Origin: an uncultured Gemmatimonadales bacterium
GTDB lineage: Bacteria; Gemmatimonadota; Gemmatimonadetes; Gemmatimonadales; Gemmatimonadaceae
Assembly: GCA_963707505.1 (NCBI GenBank)
Contig: CAVPQB010000006.1
Coordinates: 576,001 to 640,000 of the forward strand
Direction: 5' to 3'
DNA: 64,000 nt
Shown: in pieces, positions 34,711-45,558 of the stretch
Numbering within the stretch: position 1 is the first letter of the stretch
How the letters are laid out: each line of letters starts with the position of its first letter
Notes under the pieces: model-generated
What the model saw: the letters and a program-made list of their open reading frames with translations, nothing else
Told to the model about the DNA's origin: nothing
Database searches by the model: none
Translations under genes and position numbers: made by a program

Positions 34711-36074
34711 CCCTCACCTCGACGGAGCCCGAGCTCGATCCCGAAGACACTGGCGTAAGGAAGCACGGATGGAAGCGGCTCAGCGTCATACCGAGCCTTC
34801 CCGAAGTCAATCGCTCGATCCATGTACCGGGCAAGCAGTACATCTGGCGGCGCGCACTCGCGTTTGCGGGCCCGGGTTATCTCATTGCCGTCGGATACAT
34901 GGATCCCGGCAACTGGGCCACCGACATCGCGGCGGGAAGTCTATACAACTATTCGCTGCTGTCTGTAGTTCTCATCGCGAACTTCATAGCGATCTTCCTG
35001 CAGGCGCTCTCCGCCAAGCTCGGTATTGTATCGGAGCGCGATCTGGCGCAGGCGTGCCGTGACGCATATCCGCGTCCGGTATCGATCGGCTTGTGGCTCT
35101 CCGCCGAGATCGGGATCATAGCGTGCGACATCGCCGAGGTGCTTGGGGCCGCGATCGCGCTGAACTTGTTATTTCATCTGCCACTGGTGTGGGGAGTGGC
35201 GCTGACCGCACTGGACGTGCTGATAGTCCTCGCGCTGCAGAACAAGGGATTCCGACTGATCGAAGCCTTTGTCGTAACGCTGATCATAACGATGATGGTG
35301 ATATTCGGATTCGAGATCGCGTACTCGAAACCAGACTGGGCTGCGACGATGCGTGGCTTCATACCGACGTCGCAGATCGTGACCGATCCCAAGATGCTGT
35401 ACATCGCGCTCGGCATACTTGGCGCGACGGTGATGCCGCACAATCTGTATCTGCACTCGTCCATCGTGCAGACGCGACGGCATGGACGGAGCGTCTCCGA
35501 TCTGCGCGACGCGCTCAAGTATTCCTATACCGATTCCACGGTCGCGCTGATGCTCGCGCTCTTCGTGAACGCGGCGATTCTCGTGGTGTCGGCGGCGACA
35601 TTCTACAGAACCGGCCACCACGAAGTCGGGGAGATTCAGGATGCGTACAAGCTGTTGTCGCCGTTGCTCGGCGTCGCGGTCGCCACGCCGTTGTTCGCGG
35701 TCGCGCTGCTCGCGTCGGGGCAGAATTCCACACTCACCGGAACGCTCGCGGGCCAGATCGTGCTCGAAGGCTTTACCGAGTTTCGCATTCCGGCGTGGCT
35801 GCGCCGGATGATCTCTCGGATGCTCGCGATCGTTCCGTCGATCTTCGTTGTCGCGTGGTATGGAGACCGTGGAATGGGGGCACTCCTCCTGTTCAGCCAG
35901 GTGATACTCTCGGCGCAGCTCTCCTTCGCGGTGATTCCACTGGTCCAGTTCACGAGCGACCGTACCAAGATGGGCGAGTTCGTGAACGGGACGGTGACCA
36001 GATGGATCGGATGGGGTCTGGCGGCGGTGATCGCGGGTCTCAACGCGTATCTGATCGTTACGGCGCTGAAGTAG
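34707..36074 (+). CDS. mntH: Nramp family divalent metal (Mn2+) transporter
   Basis: GYMDPGNW, GATVMPHNLYLHS, TGTLAGQIVLEG. Confidence 0.95.
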   Translation: MTLTSTEPELDPEDTGVRKHGWKRLSVIPSLPEVNRSIHVPGKQYIWRRALAFAGPGYLIAVGYMDPGNWATDIAAGSLYNYSLLSVVLIANFIAIFLQALSAKLGIVSERDLAQACRDAYPRPVSIGLWLSAEIGIIACDIAEVLGAAIALNLLFHLPLVWGVALTALDVLIVLALQNKGFRLIEAFVVTLIITMMVIFGFEIAYSKPDWAATMRGFIPTSQIVTDPKMLYIALGILGATVMPHNLYLHSSIVQTRRHGRSVSDLRDALKYSYTDSTVALMLALFVNAAILVVSAATFYRTGHHEVGEIQDAYKLLSPLLGVAVATPLFAVALLASGQNSTLTGTLAGQIVLEGFTEFRIPAWLRRMISRMLAIVPSIFVVAWYGDRGMGALLLFSQVILSAQLSFAVIPLVQFTSDRTKMGEFVNGTVTRWIGWGLAAVIAGLNAYLIVTALK

Positions 36075-36140
36075 GGGCGATGTATCGGGGTTCCATGGAA
36101 TCCTGATATCGCAATTTCCGACATCGAGCCGCCGGTACGC

Positions 36141-36194
36141 TTGACATAGGGGTAGGGGGTATATAACATTCAGGTAGATACCCGTCCAGGGTAT
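36141..36194 (+). promoter_or_regulatory. sigma70 promoter and CsoR-type operator for copZ-copA-csoR
   Basis: TTGACA (36141)-17 nt-TAACAT; G-tract spacer tagggggtat; palindrome ATACCC-N5-GGGTAT (36178-36194), typical TAC..GTA CsoR box. Confidence 0.75.
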
Positions 36195-36217
36195 GTCTCG
36201 TCAAACCTGGAGTTCCC

Positions 36218-36457
36218 ATGGCAGTAGCCGCTGCAAGCCACGATAATTCTCTCGTTCTCGACATCACGGGAATGAGCTGTGATCACTGTGTCGCCCGTGT
36301 CAAAAAGGCCGTCGACAGCATCGCCGGTGTTCAACATAGCGATGTCAAAATCGGAAGGGCCACCGTCGGCTTCGACCCATCCACCGTATCCGCGGATGAC
36401 ATAGCGGCGGCTGTCACACGCGCCGGTTATCCCGCTCGCGCCGAAGGCGCGGCGTAG
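36218..36457 (+). CDS. copZ: Heavy-metal-associated copper chaperone
   Basis: GMSCDHC HMA motif; upstream of a P1B ATPase. Confidence 0.88.
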   Translation: MAVAAASHDNSLVLDITGMSCDHCVARVKKAVDSIAGVQHSDVKIGRATVGFDPSTVSADDIAAAVTRAGYPARAEGAA

Positions 36458-36484
36458 AAAGGCGCGGTGTAGAGAGTTCTGGCC

Positions 36485-38908
36485 ATGACAAGCGCAACAC
36501 CTGTTGAGCCGATGCAGCGTGACCGTACCACCGCCGGCGCCGATCGTACCGCGATCCGAATACCCGTGTCGGGCATGACCTGCGCCGCGTGTCAGGCGCA
36601 CGTGCAGCGCGCGCTCGAGAGCGAGCCAGGTGTTCTCGACGCGTCCGTGAATCTCATGATGAACAGCGCCGATGTGCGATATGATCCGGCGGTCGTCACG
36701 CCCGACAGGCTCGTTGCCGCGATTGTCGACTCGGGATATGGCGCGGAGCTGGCCTCGCCGGATCAGACAGCGTTCGAGGAGCAGGAGGCGCGGGAGCTTG
36801 CGCAGGACGAGGAGTTTCGCGACCTGCGTCTCAAGGCGATAGTGAGCGGAGTCGTTGCCGTCATTGCGATGCTGCTGTCGATGCCGTTGATGCAGGCCAA
36901 CGCGATGATCGTACATGGTCCTGTCGCCGATCCGTTCATGCGCTGGGTGATGACGTCGCTCACTCCGGTGCTGCGGACGGTTGCGCCGTGGGCGTACGCG
37001 ATCGAGCCGCAGGTCCTGTCGTACACGCTGCTGCTCGTCACGCTCGTGATCATGATATGGGCGGGCCGCCGCTTCTACACGGGCGCATGGAACGGACTGC
37101 GTCATCGTACATCGGATATGAACACGCTGATCGCGGTTGGTACCGGCGCGGCATTCATTTATTCGACAATTGCAACGGTTACACCCGGATTCTTTATCAG
37201 TCATGGTGTCGCGCCCGACGTCTACTACGAAGCCGTCGTCTTCATCATTGCCTTGATTCTTACTGGCAACGCATTCGAGGCGCGCGCGAAACGGCAGACG
37301 GCGGGAGCGCTGCGCGCGCTCGTCGATCTCCAGCCAAAGAACGCCCGCGTTCTGCGGGGCGGCGAAGAGGTGGACGTTCCCGTCGATTCGATTCAGCATG
37401 GCGAGACGATAGTCGTACGCCCGGGCGAGCGCATCCCCGTCGACGGGCAGATAATCTCCGGCCACAGCGCGGTAGACGAATCGATGCTCACCGGTGAATC
37501 GTTGCCGGTCGAGAAGACGGCCGGAGATCGCGTGATCGGCGGTACCATCAACCGCACCGGCAGTTTCCGCTACGCCGCAACGTCACTGGGGCAGAACGGC
37601 GTCCTTGCGCAGATCGTGCGATTGATGCGCGATGCGCAGAGCTCGCGCGCGCCCATACAGCGTCTCGCGGATCGAGTCAGCGCAGTCTTCGTGCCGGTTG
37701 TGATAGCGCTTGCGATCGTGACGTTCATCACCTGGTTCGCGGTCGTGAGTGCACACGGCGGACCCGCGCCTCTGGTGCGCGCGTTCGCGGCATCCGTCGC
37801 GGTGCTGATCATTGCGTGTCCGTGTGCGATGGGACTCGCCGTCCCGACCGCTGTAATGGTCGCGAGCGGACGCGGCGCCGCGCTCGGAATTCTCATCAAG
37901 GGCGGTGAAGCATTGCAGCGCGCCGCGGATGTGACGACGGTCATCCTGGACAAGACGGGAACGGTGACCGAAGGGCGTCCATCCGTCACCGATGTAGTGC
38001 TGCGGCCGGCGAATGACCGTGGGGCAGCGATTGACGAAGCCGACTTTCTGAGGCTGGTGACGTCGATCGAAGCACAGTCGGAGCACCCGCTTGCGGAAGC
38101 GATAGTACGGCATGCGCGTGAGAAGACGATTCGCGGGACCACACCCGAGGCGTTCCAGTCCGTCACCGGACAGGGCGCGCTCGGCTCCGTAGGCGGCACA
38201 GCCGTGATTGTCGGTAACGAAACATTGATGCGCGAGTACGCGATAGACGTTTCGTCATTGCGTCCGGAAGCCCAGCGACTGTCGGGCGATGGCAAGACGT
38301 CGATCTATGTCGCTATCGATGGCAGATTGGCTGGTCTCATTGCAGTTGCAGATCGCGTCCGTGAAACATCACGCGAGGCGATCGCATCGCTCCGTCAAAT
38401 GGGACTGGAAGTGGCGATGTTGACGGGCGACGATCAACGCACGGCCGACGCAGTAGCTCGTGCAGCGGGGATATCGCGCGTCGTCGCAGGTGTTCTGCCT
38501 GATGGAAAGGTGGCGGAGATTAAACGGTTGCAGTCAGGCGGTGACGTCGTCGCGATGGTTGGCGACGGAATCAATGACGCGCCGGCGTTGAGCCAGGCCG
38601 ATATTTCGTTCGGCATCGGCACCGGTACTGACATCGCGATGGAAGCAGCCGACGTCGTGCTGATGCGCGGCGATCTGCGAAGCGTCGTCGATGCCATTCG
38701 TTTGTCGCGCCGTACACTTGCGACGATGAAGCAGAACCTGTTCTGGGCGTTCATCTACAATGTGGTCGGAATACCGATAGCTGCCGGAGTGCTCTATCCG
38801 AGCTTTGGAATTCTGCTCAGTCCCATTCTTGCGAGCGCCGCGATGGCGTTCAGCTCGGTGAGCGTGGTGAGCAACAGTCTCCGGTTGCGGCATGTGCGAA
38901 TCGCATGA
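36485..38908 (+). CDS. copA: Copper-translocating P1B-type ATPase
   Basis: GMTCAAC, TGES, CPC, DKTGT, SEHP, GDGIND, YN, MAFSS. Confidence 0.95.
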   Translation: MTSATPVEPMQRDRTTAGADRTAIRIPVSGMTCAACQAHVQRALESEPGVLDASVNLMMNSADVRYDPAVVTPDRLVAAIVDSGYGAELASPDQTAFEEQEARELAQDEEFRDLRLKAIVSGVVAVIAMLLSMPLMQANAMIVHGPVADPFMRWVMTSLTPVLRTVAPWAYAIEPQVLSYTLLLVTLVIMIWAGRRFYTGAWNGLRHRTSDMNTLIAVGTGAAFIYSTIATVTPGFFISHGVAPDVYYEAVVFIIALILTGNAFEARAKRQTAGALRALVDLQPKNARVLRGGEEVDVPVDSIQHGETIVVRPGERIPVDGQIISGHSAVDESMLTGESLPVEKTAGDRVIGGTINRTGSFRYAATSLGQNGVLAQIVRLMRDAQSSRAPIQRLADRVSAVFVPVVIALAIVTFITWFAVVSAHGGPAPLVRAFAASVAVLIIACPCAMGLAVPTAVMVASGRGAALGILIKGGEALQRAADVTTVILDKTGTVTEGRPSVTDVVLRPANDRGAAIDEADFLRLVTSIEAQSEHPLAEAIVRHAREKTIRGTTPEAFQSVTGQGALGSVGGTAVIVGNETLMREYAIDVSSLRPEAQRLSGDGKTSIYVAIDGRLAGLIAVADRVRETSREAIASLRQMGLEVAMLTGDDQRTADAVARAAGISRVVAGVLPDGKVAEIKRLQSGGDVVAMVGDGINDAPALSQADISFGIGTGTDIAMEAADVVLMRGDLRSVVDAIRLSRRTLATMKQNLFWAFIYNVVGIPIAAGVLYPSFGILLSPILASAAMAFSSVSVVSNSLRLRHVRIA

Positions 38909-38947
38909 TACGAGTCGGTCAATAAATACATCAACAAAACTTGATCA

Positions 38948-39298
38948 ATGCCAACATCCACAAAAACATCCGGGAAGCCGCTGAAGGCCGCGGCCTCCCC
39001 GGCCCCTGAACGAAAGGCAGTCGGCGTGGACTCTGACACCAAAGCCAGAAATCTCCTGCGGCTGCGCAGAATCGAAGGCCAGGTACGCGGGCTGCAGAAG
39101 ATGGTCGAGGAAGATCGCTACTGCGCCGACATCATGACGCAGATCTCATCCACGCACGAGGCGTTGCGAGCTGTGGGCCGAGAATTGATGCGCAACCATC
39201 TCAAGCACTGCGCTACGGTGGCGATCAGGACAGGTGGCGAGGAAGCGTCAGAGATGTACGACGAATTGGTGGACATGATGTACAAGCACAGCCGGTGA
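38948..39298 (+). CDS. csoR: CsoR/RcnR family metal-sensitive repressor
   Basis: RLRRIEGQVRG, YCADI, HLKHC. Confidence 0.93.
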   Translation: MPTSTKTSGKPLKAAASPAPERKAVGVDSDTKARNLLRLRRIEGQVRGLQKMVEEDRYCADIMTQISSTHEALRAVGRELMRNHLKHCATVAIRTGGEEASEMYDELVDMMYKHSR

Positions 39299-39345
39299 CG
39301 ACGCCGGATACCTGTCACATCGGCGCGCCGAATTGGTGGTCCTGC

Positions 39346-39368
39346 GTGGGGCGCGGATTCATCCGCGC
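39346..39368 (+). repeat. GTRG-tagged REP-like palindrome
   Basis: GTGGG followed by gcgcggat-tc-atccgcgc, in the intergenic region after csoR. Confidence 0.5.
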
Positions 39369-39538
39369 GTGGCCCATCCAGGCGCAATCGGAATCGGATG
39401 CGCGCCGTGATTGTTGAACGCTGTGGTTGAAGCCTGGTTGAATGTCGTCGTCGCGTTGTAAATCGTCATCCCGCCGAAGGCTGGGATCGACAGACGTCGT
39501 CGTCTTCCGCCACCCCTACCGCGCGTTAGAATATCACG

Positions 39539-41572
39539 ATGACCAGACTCGATCTCATCGTCGTCACCGCCATCATGTGCGCCACCGCACCCGGCATCGC
39601 TCGTGCCCAGGCACCGACCACGCTCAACCTGATGCCGGTCCCGGCCAGCGTCACGGTTCGTGACGGATCAATAAATATTGATTCGACATTCCGCGTCGCC
39701 GTCGTGCACGGTGACGATGCGCGACTGACGCGCGCTATCGAGCGAATGATACCGCGCCTCGAGTACCGCACCGGCATAGCGATGTCGCACACCGTCGCGC
39801 ATGATTCCACCGGCGCGACGCTCATGATCGATTGCCAGAGTCCAGGCGAACGAGTGCAGGGTATCGACGAGGATGAATCGTACACGCTCACAGCCGGCAA
39901 CGGGTCGTTGACATTGCATGCAGCAACGACCGTCGGTGTGATCCGCGGACTCGAGACCGTGCTCCAGCTCGTCGATGGCGACGCGCAGCACTACTTCATC
40001 CCCAACGTCAGCATCACCGACACGCCGCGCTTCAAGTGGCGCGGACTGCTCGTCGACGTCAGCCGTCACTTCGAGCCTGTCTCCGAGATCGAGCACACGC
40101 TGGACGGCATGTCGGCCGTCAAGCTCAACGTTCTGCACTGGCACCTGTCCGACGATCAGGGAATCCGTGTCGAGAGCAAGCGTTATCCCAAGCTGCAAGG
40201 TGTGGGATCGGATAGTCTGTACTATACACAGGCGCAGATCCGCGAAGTCGTAGCATACGCGCGCGATCGTGGCATTCGCGTGGTTCCCGAGTTCGACATG
40301 CCGGGACATTCGAGTGCGTGGTTCGTCGGATATCCGCAGTACGCGAGCGGACCCGGGCCATACGCGATCGGTCGTCGCTGGACAGGCTACGCCGGTGTGT
40401 TCGATCCAACGCGCGAGAGCGTCTACAGATTCATCGACGGCTTCATCGGCGAGATGTCCACGCTGTTCCCCGATGCGTACTGGCACATCGGCGGCGATGA
40501 AGTGAACTCGACACAGTGGAAGCAGAGTGCGCGCATCCAGAAGTTCATGGTCGCGCACCATCTTGCGGATCACGCTGCGCTGCAGGCGTACTTCAATCAG
40601 CGTCTGTCGCGCATTCTCACCAGGCATCACAAGCACATGATCGGTTGGGATGAAATCCTGCATCCCGACTTGCCGCGCACTACCGTCGTTCAGTCATGGC
40701 GCGGCACACAGTACCTCGGTCAGGCGGTCTCGCAGGGTTTCAGTGGAATTCTCTCGGCGCCGTACTATCTCGACGCGATGAAGTCATCGGAGCAGATGTA
40801 TCTCGCCGATCCACTCGCTGGCGACAGCACGCTTACTCCGGACCAGGTCGCGCGTGTGCTTGGTGGTGAGGCCTGCATGTGGTCCGAGCTCATCGCTCCT
40901 GAGAGCATCGACTCGCGCATCTGGCCGCGGTTGGCTGCGATCGCCGAGCGTTTCTGGTCACCGAGGAGCGTGACCGATGTGGGAGATATGTATCGCAGAC
41001 TCGCCATTCAGGACGTGCGCCTCGAGCAGCTCGGGCTCGGCCAGGAATCACACACCGACAGATTCCTGCGACGCATCATGAACGGTCCTGACATCGCTCC
41101 GTTGGCAGATCTGCTCGGTTTCGCAGAGCCGGTGACATTGGGCCAGCGCGTGCGCGGCGGGCCGACCACGCAGATGACGCCGCTGGTTCAGGTTGTCGAC
41201 GCGGCGCGCCCAGATCCACCGAACAGGTGGCGCATCCAGCAGTTGGTTGCAGACATCATTGCGTCGCCGAAGACAAGCGTTGCTGCGCACGATACACTTG
41301 CGCGATTGTTCACTGAGTGGCGCGGGCTCGCGCCGAGCGTTCATGAGGCCGCGAACCGGTCACCGCTGGCGCAGGGAGCGGTTCCAGCTGCGGATGCGCT
41401 CGCGAATGTGGGAGCGATCGGACTCGCGGCGCTCGAGGCGCGCAAGAGTGGTATGCCGTTATCGCAGCCATGGGCCGACTCGGCGAAGGCGACGCTGACT
41501 GCGGCTGACAAGCCGCAGGGGTTGTTGCATCTGGTTGTGGTGCCGGCGGTGCGGCGGTTGTTGATGCAGTAG
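39539..41572 (+). CDS. GH20 beta-N-acetylhexosaminidase
   Basis: DTPRFKWRGLLVDVSRHF, HWHLSDDQG, EFDMPGH, HIGGDE, GGEACMWSE, WPR. Confidence 0.95.
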   Translation: MTRLDLIVVTAIMCATAPGIARAQAPTTLNLMPVPASVTVRDGSINIDSTFRVAVVHGDDARLTRAIERMIPRLEYRTGIAMSHTVAHDSTGATLMIDCQSPGERVQGIDEDESYTLTAGNGSLTLHAATTVGVIRGLETVLQLVDGDAQHYFIPNVSITDTPRFKWRGLLVDVSRHFEPVSEIEHTLDGMSAVKLNVLHWHLSDDQGIRVESKRYPKLQGVGSDSLYYTQAQIREVVAYARDRGIRVVPEFDMPGHSSAWFVGYPQYASGPGPYAIGRRWTGYAGVFDPTRESVYRFIDGFIGEMSTLFPDAYWHIGGDEVNSTQWKQSARIQKFMVAHHLADHAALQAYFNQRLSRILTRHHKHMIGWDEILHPDLPRTTVVQSWRGTQYLGQAVSQGFSGILSAPYYLDAMKSSEQMYLADPLAGDSTLTPDQVARVLGGEACMWSELIAPESIDSRIWPRLAAIAERFWSPRSVTDVGDMYRRLAIQDVRLEQLGLGQESHTDRFLRRIMNGPDIAPLADLLGFAEPVTLGQRVRGGPTTQMTPLVQVVDAARPDPPNRWRIQQLVADIIASPKTSVAAHDTLARLFTEWRGLAPSVHEAANRSPLAQGAVPAADALANVGAIGLAALEARKSGMPLSQPWADSAKATLTAADKPQGLLHLVVVPAVRRLLMQ

Positions 41573-41603
41573 GTTGGGCCACGTGTGGTAGGCAATCACC
41601 TAC

Positions 41604-41730
41604 TGTCCGAAAATGGGACGGACTATCCCAATTCCGGACAATGACCCGTTGAATCCAAGGCTGTCATAATCGGCTAACTCATTGCTCCACAATGAGATAC
41701 GCGTAGATGACCGTGTGGCACGCTTGTTCC
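41604..41730 (+). promoter_or_regulatory. Tandem enhancer-like boxes plus a sigma54-like promoter
   Basis: tgtccgaaaatgggacg (41604-41620) and tatcccaattccggaca (41624-41640); TGGCAC-N5-TTCC (41716-41730). Confidence 0.6.
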
Positions 41731-41759
41731 CTTAGGGTGGGCACCACAACGGGGGCAAA

Positions 41760-44261
41760 ATGGGTTTGGCTGACTCGCTGAAGCATGAGATCGGGCGTGC
41801 AATCCGCTCGCTCGCGCGTAGTCCCGGCTTCACGCTGATCGTGGTAATCACGCTCGCGTTGGGGATCGGAGCGACGACGGCGATCTTCACAATGCTGGAT
41901 CGGGTTGTGTTGCACGCGCTGCCGTATGCGCATGCGGACAGGCTCGTGTGGCTGGATTCGCCCACCCCAGGGATCAATCCGAATTCGAGATGGGGGCTTT
42001 CAGCGGCTGGTTTCTTGTACTTCCAGAAGAACGCCCACACCATCGAAAATGCCGCCGCGCTCATGCCAGTGCGGATGACGATCACTGGAAAGCGTGCGGC
42101 GGAGCGTGTTCCGGCTGCACTGGCAAGTGCGAGCATCTTCGACGTTCTTCGCCTCCGTCCGATGCTAGGGCGCGCACTCAGCCAGGCGGATAATCTGCCG
42201 AATGCGCAACCTGTAACAGTGATCAGCTACAACTACTGGAAGACACGCCTAAACAGCGACCCACGCGCCGTTGGCTCGATGATCACTGTGGATGCGATCC
42301 CGATGCAGATAGTCGGAGTGATGGGTCCGGATGCTACGGTCCCCGACGTTACTTCTCCGAACGTTGATCTGTGGCTACCGGCGGAGCTCGATCCCAATGC
42401 GACACCTCAGAATCATCACTATCTCCCCGTAGTCGCACGCCTGGCACCCGGTGCGACGGTGGCTTCGGCGCAAGCGGAGCTCGCGCAGATAACGAAACGC
42501 TTTCCAGTTCTGTTCCCCAGTGCCTACAGCGATGACTTCCTGAAGAGCACGGGCTTTACTACCGCTGCCGTACCGCTTCGAGCGCGTATCATCGGCGACG
42601 TATCGACGCGCCTCTGGATCCTGCTCGGTGCCGTAGTGCTCGTGTTGGTAATCGCATGTGGGAACGTCGCGAATCTATTCCTCGTGCGTGCAGAATCGCG
42701 TCAGCGCGAAGTCGCGATCCGCACAGCTCTGGGAGCGAAGCGGGCCGACCTTGCACGGCACTACTTCACAGAGACGATTCTGCTCGCGTTGATCGGCGGC
42801 GCCGCAGCGTTTGGACTTGCTGCTATCGGATTGCGTGTGATAGTTGCGCTCGCCCCACCCGATCTGCCCCGAATGAGCGAGGTTCATCTTGGATGGCTGA
42901 GCTTGCTGTTCACGATGGGCGTGTCGGTAGCCGCCGGGATCCTGTTCGGAGCGCTGGCGCTGATGGGCGCGGAGTCCGCCGACGATGCGATGATGTTGCG
43001 TGAAGGCGGACGCGGCATGACGTCATCTGCGAGGCAACACTTCACGCGCGGTATGCTCGTTGCCGCGCAAACCGCCCTCGCGCTGGTGCTGCTCGCAGCC
43101 GCCGGCCTCATGTTGCAGAGCTTTCGAAATCTCCGTGGTGTTTCACCCGGATTCGACCCTTCGAACGTACTGACTGCTGAGTTGAGCCTGCCTGCCGCTC
43201 GGTACTCTACCATGGAGCAGGTAGAGGGCTTCTATCACGATCTGCTGACACGCGCCGCCGCGATCCCCGGAGTTCATGTCGCGGGTGCAGGCGAGGTGGT
43301 TCCGCTTGGTCCATCCAATGATGGTACCGCGATCGGCGGATTCAGCGGCTGCTCTGGAATGGCGATCGAAAATCCCGGTGAGGATAGGGGACGGTCGGTC
43401 GGTTGCATCGGTGCCAAGACGATCTCGCCGGGATATTTCGGTGCACTCGGAATCAAGCTGCGTGGCTCGGAGCCAGGCTGGAGCGACGTACAGGCGCACA
43501 CTGCTGGAGTCGTCGTCACCAAGGCGCTGGCTGCACGCCTGTGGCCCGGTCAGGACGCGATCGGCAAGGGGATCAAACTCGGTGGACGTAAGCCGCCGTT
43601 CTATCGCGTCGTAGGAATCAGTGACGACATCCACGGCTCGGCGTTGAGCGATCCACCCGCCGAGGCAGTCTTTTATCCGCTGCTCCCTATTGCAAATACG
43701 TACCTGGAAGGGCCGGTGAGAACGATGACCATCGTGCTTCGGTCCACTGGCGTTCCACCAACTGCACTGGCCGGATCGCTCCGACGCATCGTCCAGGACA
43801 TGGATCCCGATGTTCCACTCGGTAACGTCAGACCGATGGAAGACATAGTGGCGCGGTCGATGATCCGGCTCTCGTTCACGATGACGCTGCTCGCGATCGC
43901 AGCTTCGATGGCGTTGATCCTGAGCGCGATCGGTATCTACGGCGTGATCTCATACATCGTCGGCAGGCGTCGTGGCGAGATCGGAATTCGCATGGCACTC
44001 GGCGCACATGCGTCACGTGTTGGTACGATGGTGGTAAGACAGTCCGTACAGTTTGCCGTGGTTGGAATAATCATCGGGATTCTGGCGACGGTTGCGATCA
44101 CGCGCGTGCTCGGTTCGGTTCTGTACGGCGTGAGTCCGACCGATCCAACGACGTTGATCGTAGTCTCCATCATCATGCTGCTCATTGCAGTGCTCGCGAG
44201 CTACGTGCCAGCGCAGCGTGCAATGAGCGTCGATCCGGTCGAAGCACTTCGAGCGGATTAG
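41760..44261 (+). CDS. ABC transporter permease (duplicated MacB/FtsX, ADOP-like)
   Basis: LARSPGFT..TLALGIGATTAIF, IACGNVANL, REVAIRTALGA, EIGIRMALGA, DPVEALRAD. Confidence 0.93.
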   Translation: MGLADSLKHEIGRAIRSLARSPGFTLIVVITLALGIGATTAIFTMLDRVVLHALPYAHADRLVWLDSPTPGINPNSRWGLSAAGFLYFQKNAHTIENAAALMPVRMTITGKRAAERVPAALASASIFDVLRLRPMLGRALSQADNLPNAQPVTVISYNYWKTRLNSDPRAVGSMITVDAIPMQIVGVMGPDATVPDVTSPNVDLWLPAELDPNATPQNHHYLPVVARLAPGATVASAQAELAQITKRFPVLFPSAYSDDFLKSTGFTTAAVPLRARIIGDVSTRLWILLGAVVLVLVIACGNVANLFLVRAESRQREVAIRTALGAKRADLARHYFTETILLALIGGAAAFGLAAIGLRVIVALAPPDLPRMSEVHLGWLSLLFTMGVSVAAGILFGALALMGAESADDAMMLREGGRGMTSSARQHFTRGMLVAAQTALALVLLAAAGLMLQSFRNLRGVSPGFDPSNVLTAELSLPAARYSTMEQVEGFYHDLLTRAAAIPGVHVAGAGEVVPLGPSNDGTAIGGFSGCSGMAIENPGEDRGRSVGCIGAKTISPGYFGALGIKLRGSEPGWSDVQAHTAGVVVTKALAARLWPGQDAIGKGIKLGGRKPPFYRVVGISDDIHGSALSDPPAEAVFYPLLPIANTYLEGPVRTMTIVLRSTGVPPTALAGSLRRIVQDMDPDVPLGNVRPMEDIVARSMIRLSFTMTLLAIAASMALILSAIGIYGVISYIVGRRRGEIGIRMALGAHASRVGTMVVRQSVQFAVVGIIIGILATVAITRVLGSVLYGVSPTDPTTLIVVSIIMLLIAVLASYVPAQRAMSVDPVEALRAD

Positions 44262-44298
44262 TGGCTGTTCAAACAATATGACAGAGCAAAGAATCTAA

Positions 44299-45558
44299 GT
44301 GGACATTCCGCGTGAACGGGCGCCGAACAGGCGGCGCTACATATATGGAGGCCTCGGGCTGCTCGCGATAATCGCGGTGATCGTCGGTGTCGCGAGTCTC
44401 AAGCCTGCTGCACCAGGCGTCGATAGGTCATCCGTCGTTATCGACTCGGTGCGTCGCGGCGACATGGTGATCGATGTGCGCGGTCCTGGCTCGTTGGTGC
44501 CGGAGCAGATTCGCTGGGTGTCGGCGATAACCGCCGGACGCGTGGATCGCATCGACGTGCGGCCAGGCGCAACGGTCACCGACACGACGACGCTGCTCGA
44601 GCTGAGCAATCCCGACGTGCAGCTCGAAGCGTTGAGCGCGCAACAGCAGCTGAATGCCGCCGAGGCTGCGCTCGTCACGCTCAGGATCAGCCTGTCGACG
44701 CAGAAGCTCGCGCAGGAAGGAGTCGTCGCAACGACGACGTCCGATTACAACGACGCGATGCGAAACGCAACCGCGTTCGATGAGCTGGAGAAGAAAGGAT
44801 TTCTTGCGAAGGGTCTTCTTGCCCCGATGGATGTCAGCAAGGCACGGGACAAGGCCGTCGAGCTCAAGGCGAGGATGGCAATCGAGCAGCAGCGGCTCGA
44901 GGTGATGTCACAATCAATTGCGCAGCAGATGGAGCTTCAGAAATCGCAGGTCGACAAGCTGCGCGACATCGCGCAGTTCCAGCAGAGTCGCATAGCGTCG
45001 ATGCAGGTTCGCGCCGGTGCCGCGGGCCAGGTGACTGAATTGTCACTCGAGCCCGGTCAGTACGTGCTCCCCGGAACCAATCTCGCGAAAGTCGCGCAGC
45101 CCGGCCGGTTGAAGGCGGTGCTCCACATCCCCGAGACGCAGGCGAAGGACATCCAGATCGGGCAGGTCGCTTCGATCGATACGCGTAACGGAATAATTCC
45201 CGGTCATGTCATACGCATCGATCCGGGTGCGGTGAATGGAACTGTCGAGGTGGACGTCGGGCTCGATGGCGCGCTGCCCAAGGGCGCCCGGCCCGATCTC
45301 AGCGTCGATGGCACGATCGAACTGGATCGTTTGCGCAATGTTCTCTATGTAGGACGTCCGGCGTACGGTGAGCCGGAGAGCACGGTGGGAATCTTCAAGC
45401 TGACTAACGGCGGCAAGGAAGCGCAGCGCGTGAACGTGAAGTTGGGACGCGCATCGGTCAACATGGTCGAGATCGTTCAGGGCCTGAATGCAGGAGACAG
45501 GATCATCACATCCGACATGTCCGGCTCGGATACACAGAGTCGGGTGAGGTTGCAATGA
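44299..45558 (+). CDS. Efflux periplasmic adaptor (MacA/HlyD-like)
   Basis: N-terminal TM, GRVDRI...PGA.V, coiled-coil region, LGRAS..VEI..GL..GD.II. Confidence 0.9.
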   Translation: MDIPRERAPNRRRYIYGGLGLLAIIAVIVGVASLKPAAPGVDRSSVVIDSVRRGDMVIDVRGPGSLVPEQIRWVSAITAGRVDRIDVRPGATVTDTTTLLELSNPDVQLEALSAQQQLNAAEAALVTLRISLSTQKLAQEGVVATTTSDYNDAMRNATAFDELEKKGFLAKGLLAPMDVSKARDKAVELKARMAIEQQRLEVMSQSIAQQMELQKSQVDKLRDIAQFQQSRIASMQVRAGAAGQVTELSLEPGQYVLPGTNLAKVAQPGRLKAVLHIPETQAKDIQIGQVASIDTRNGIIPGHVIRIDPGAVNGTVEVDVGLDGALPKGARPDLSVDGTIELDRLRNVLYVGRPAYGEPESTVGIFKLTNGGKEAQRVNVKLGRASVNMVEIVQGLNAGDRIITSDMSGSDTQSRVRLQ

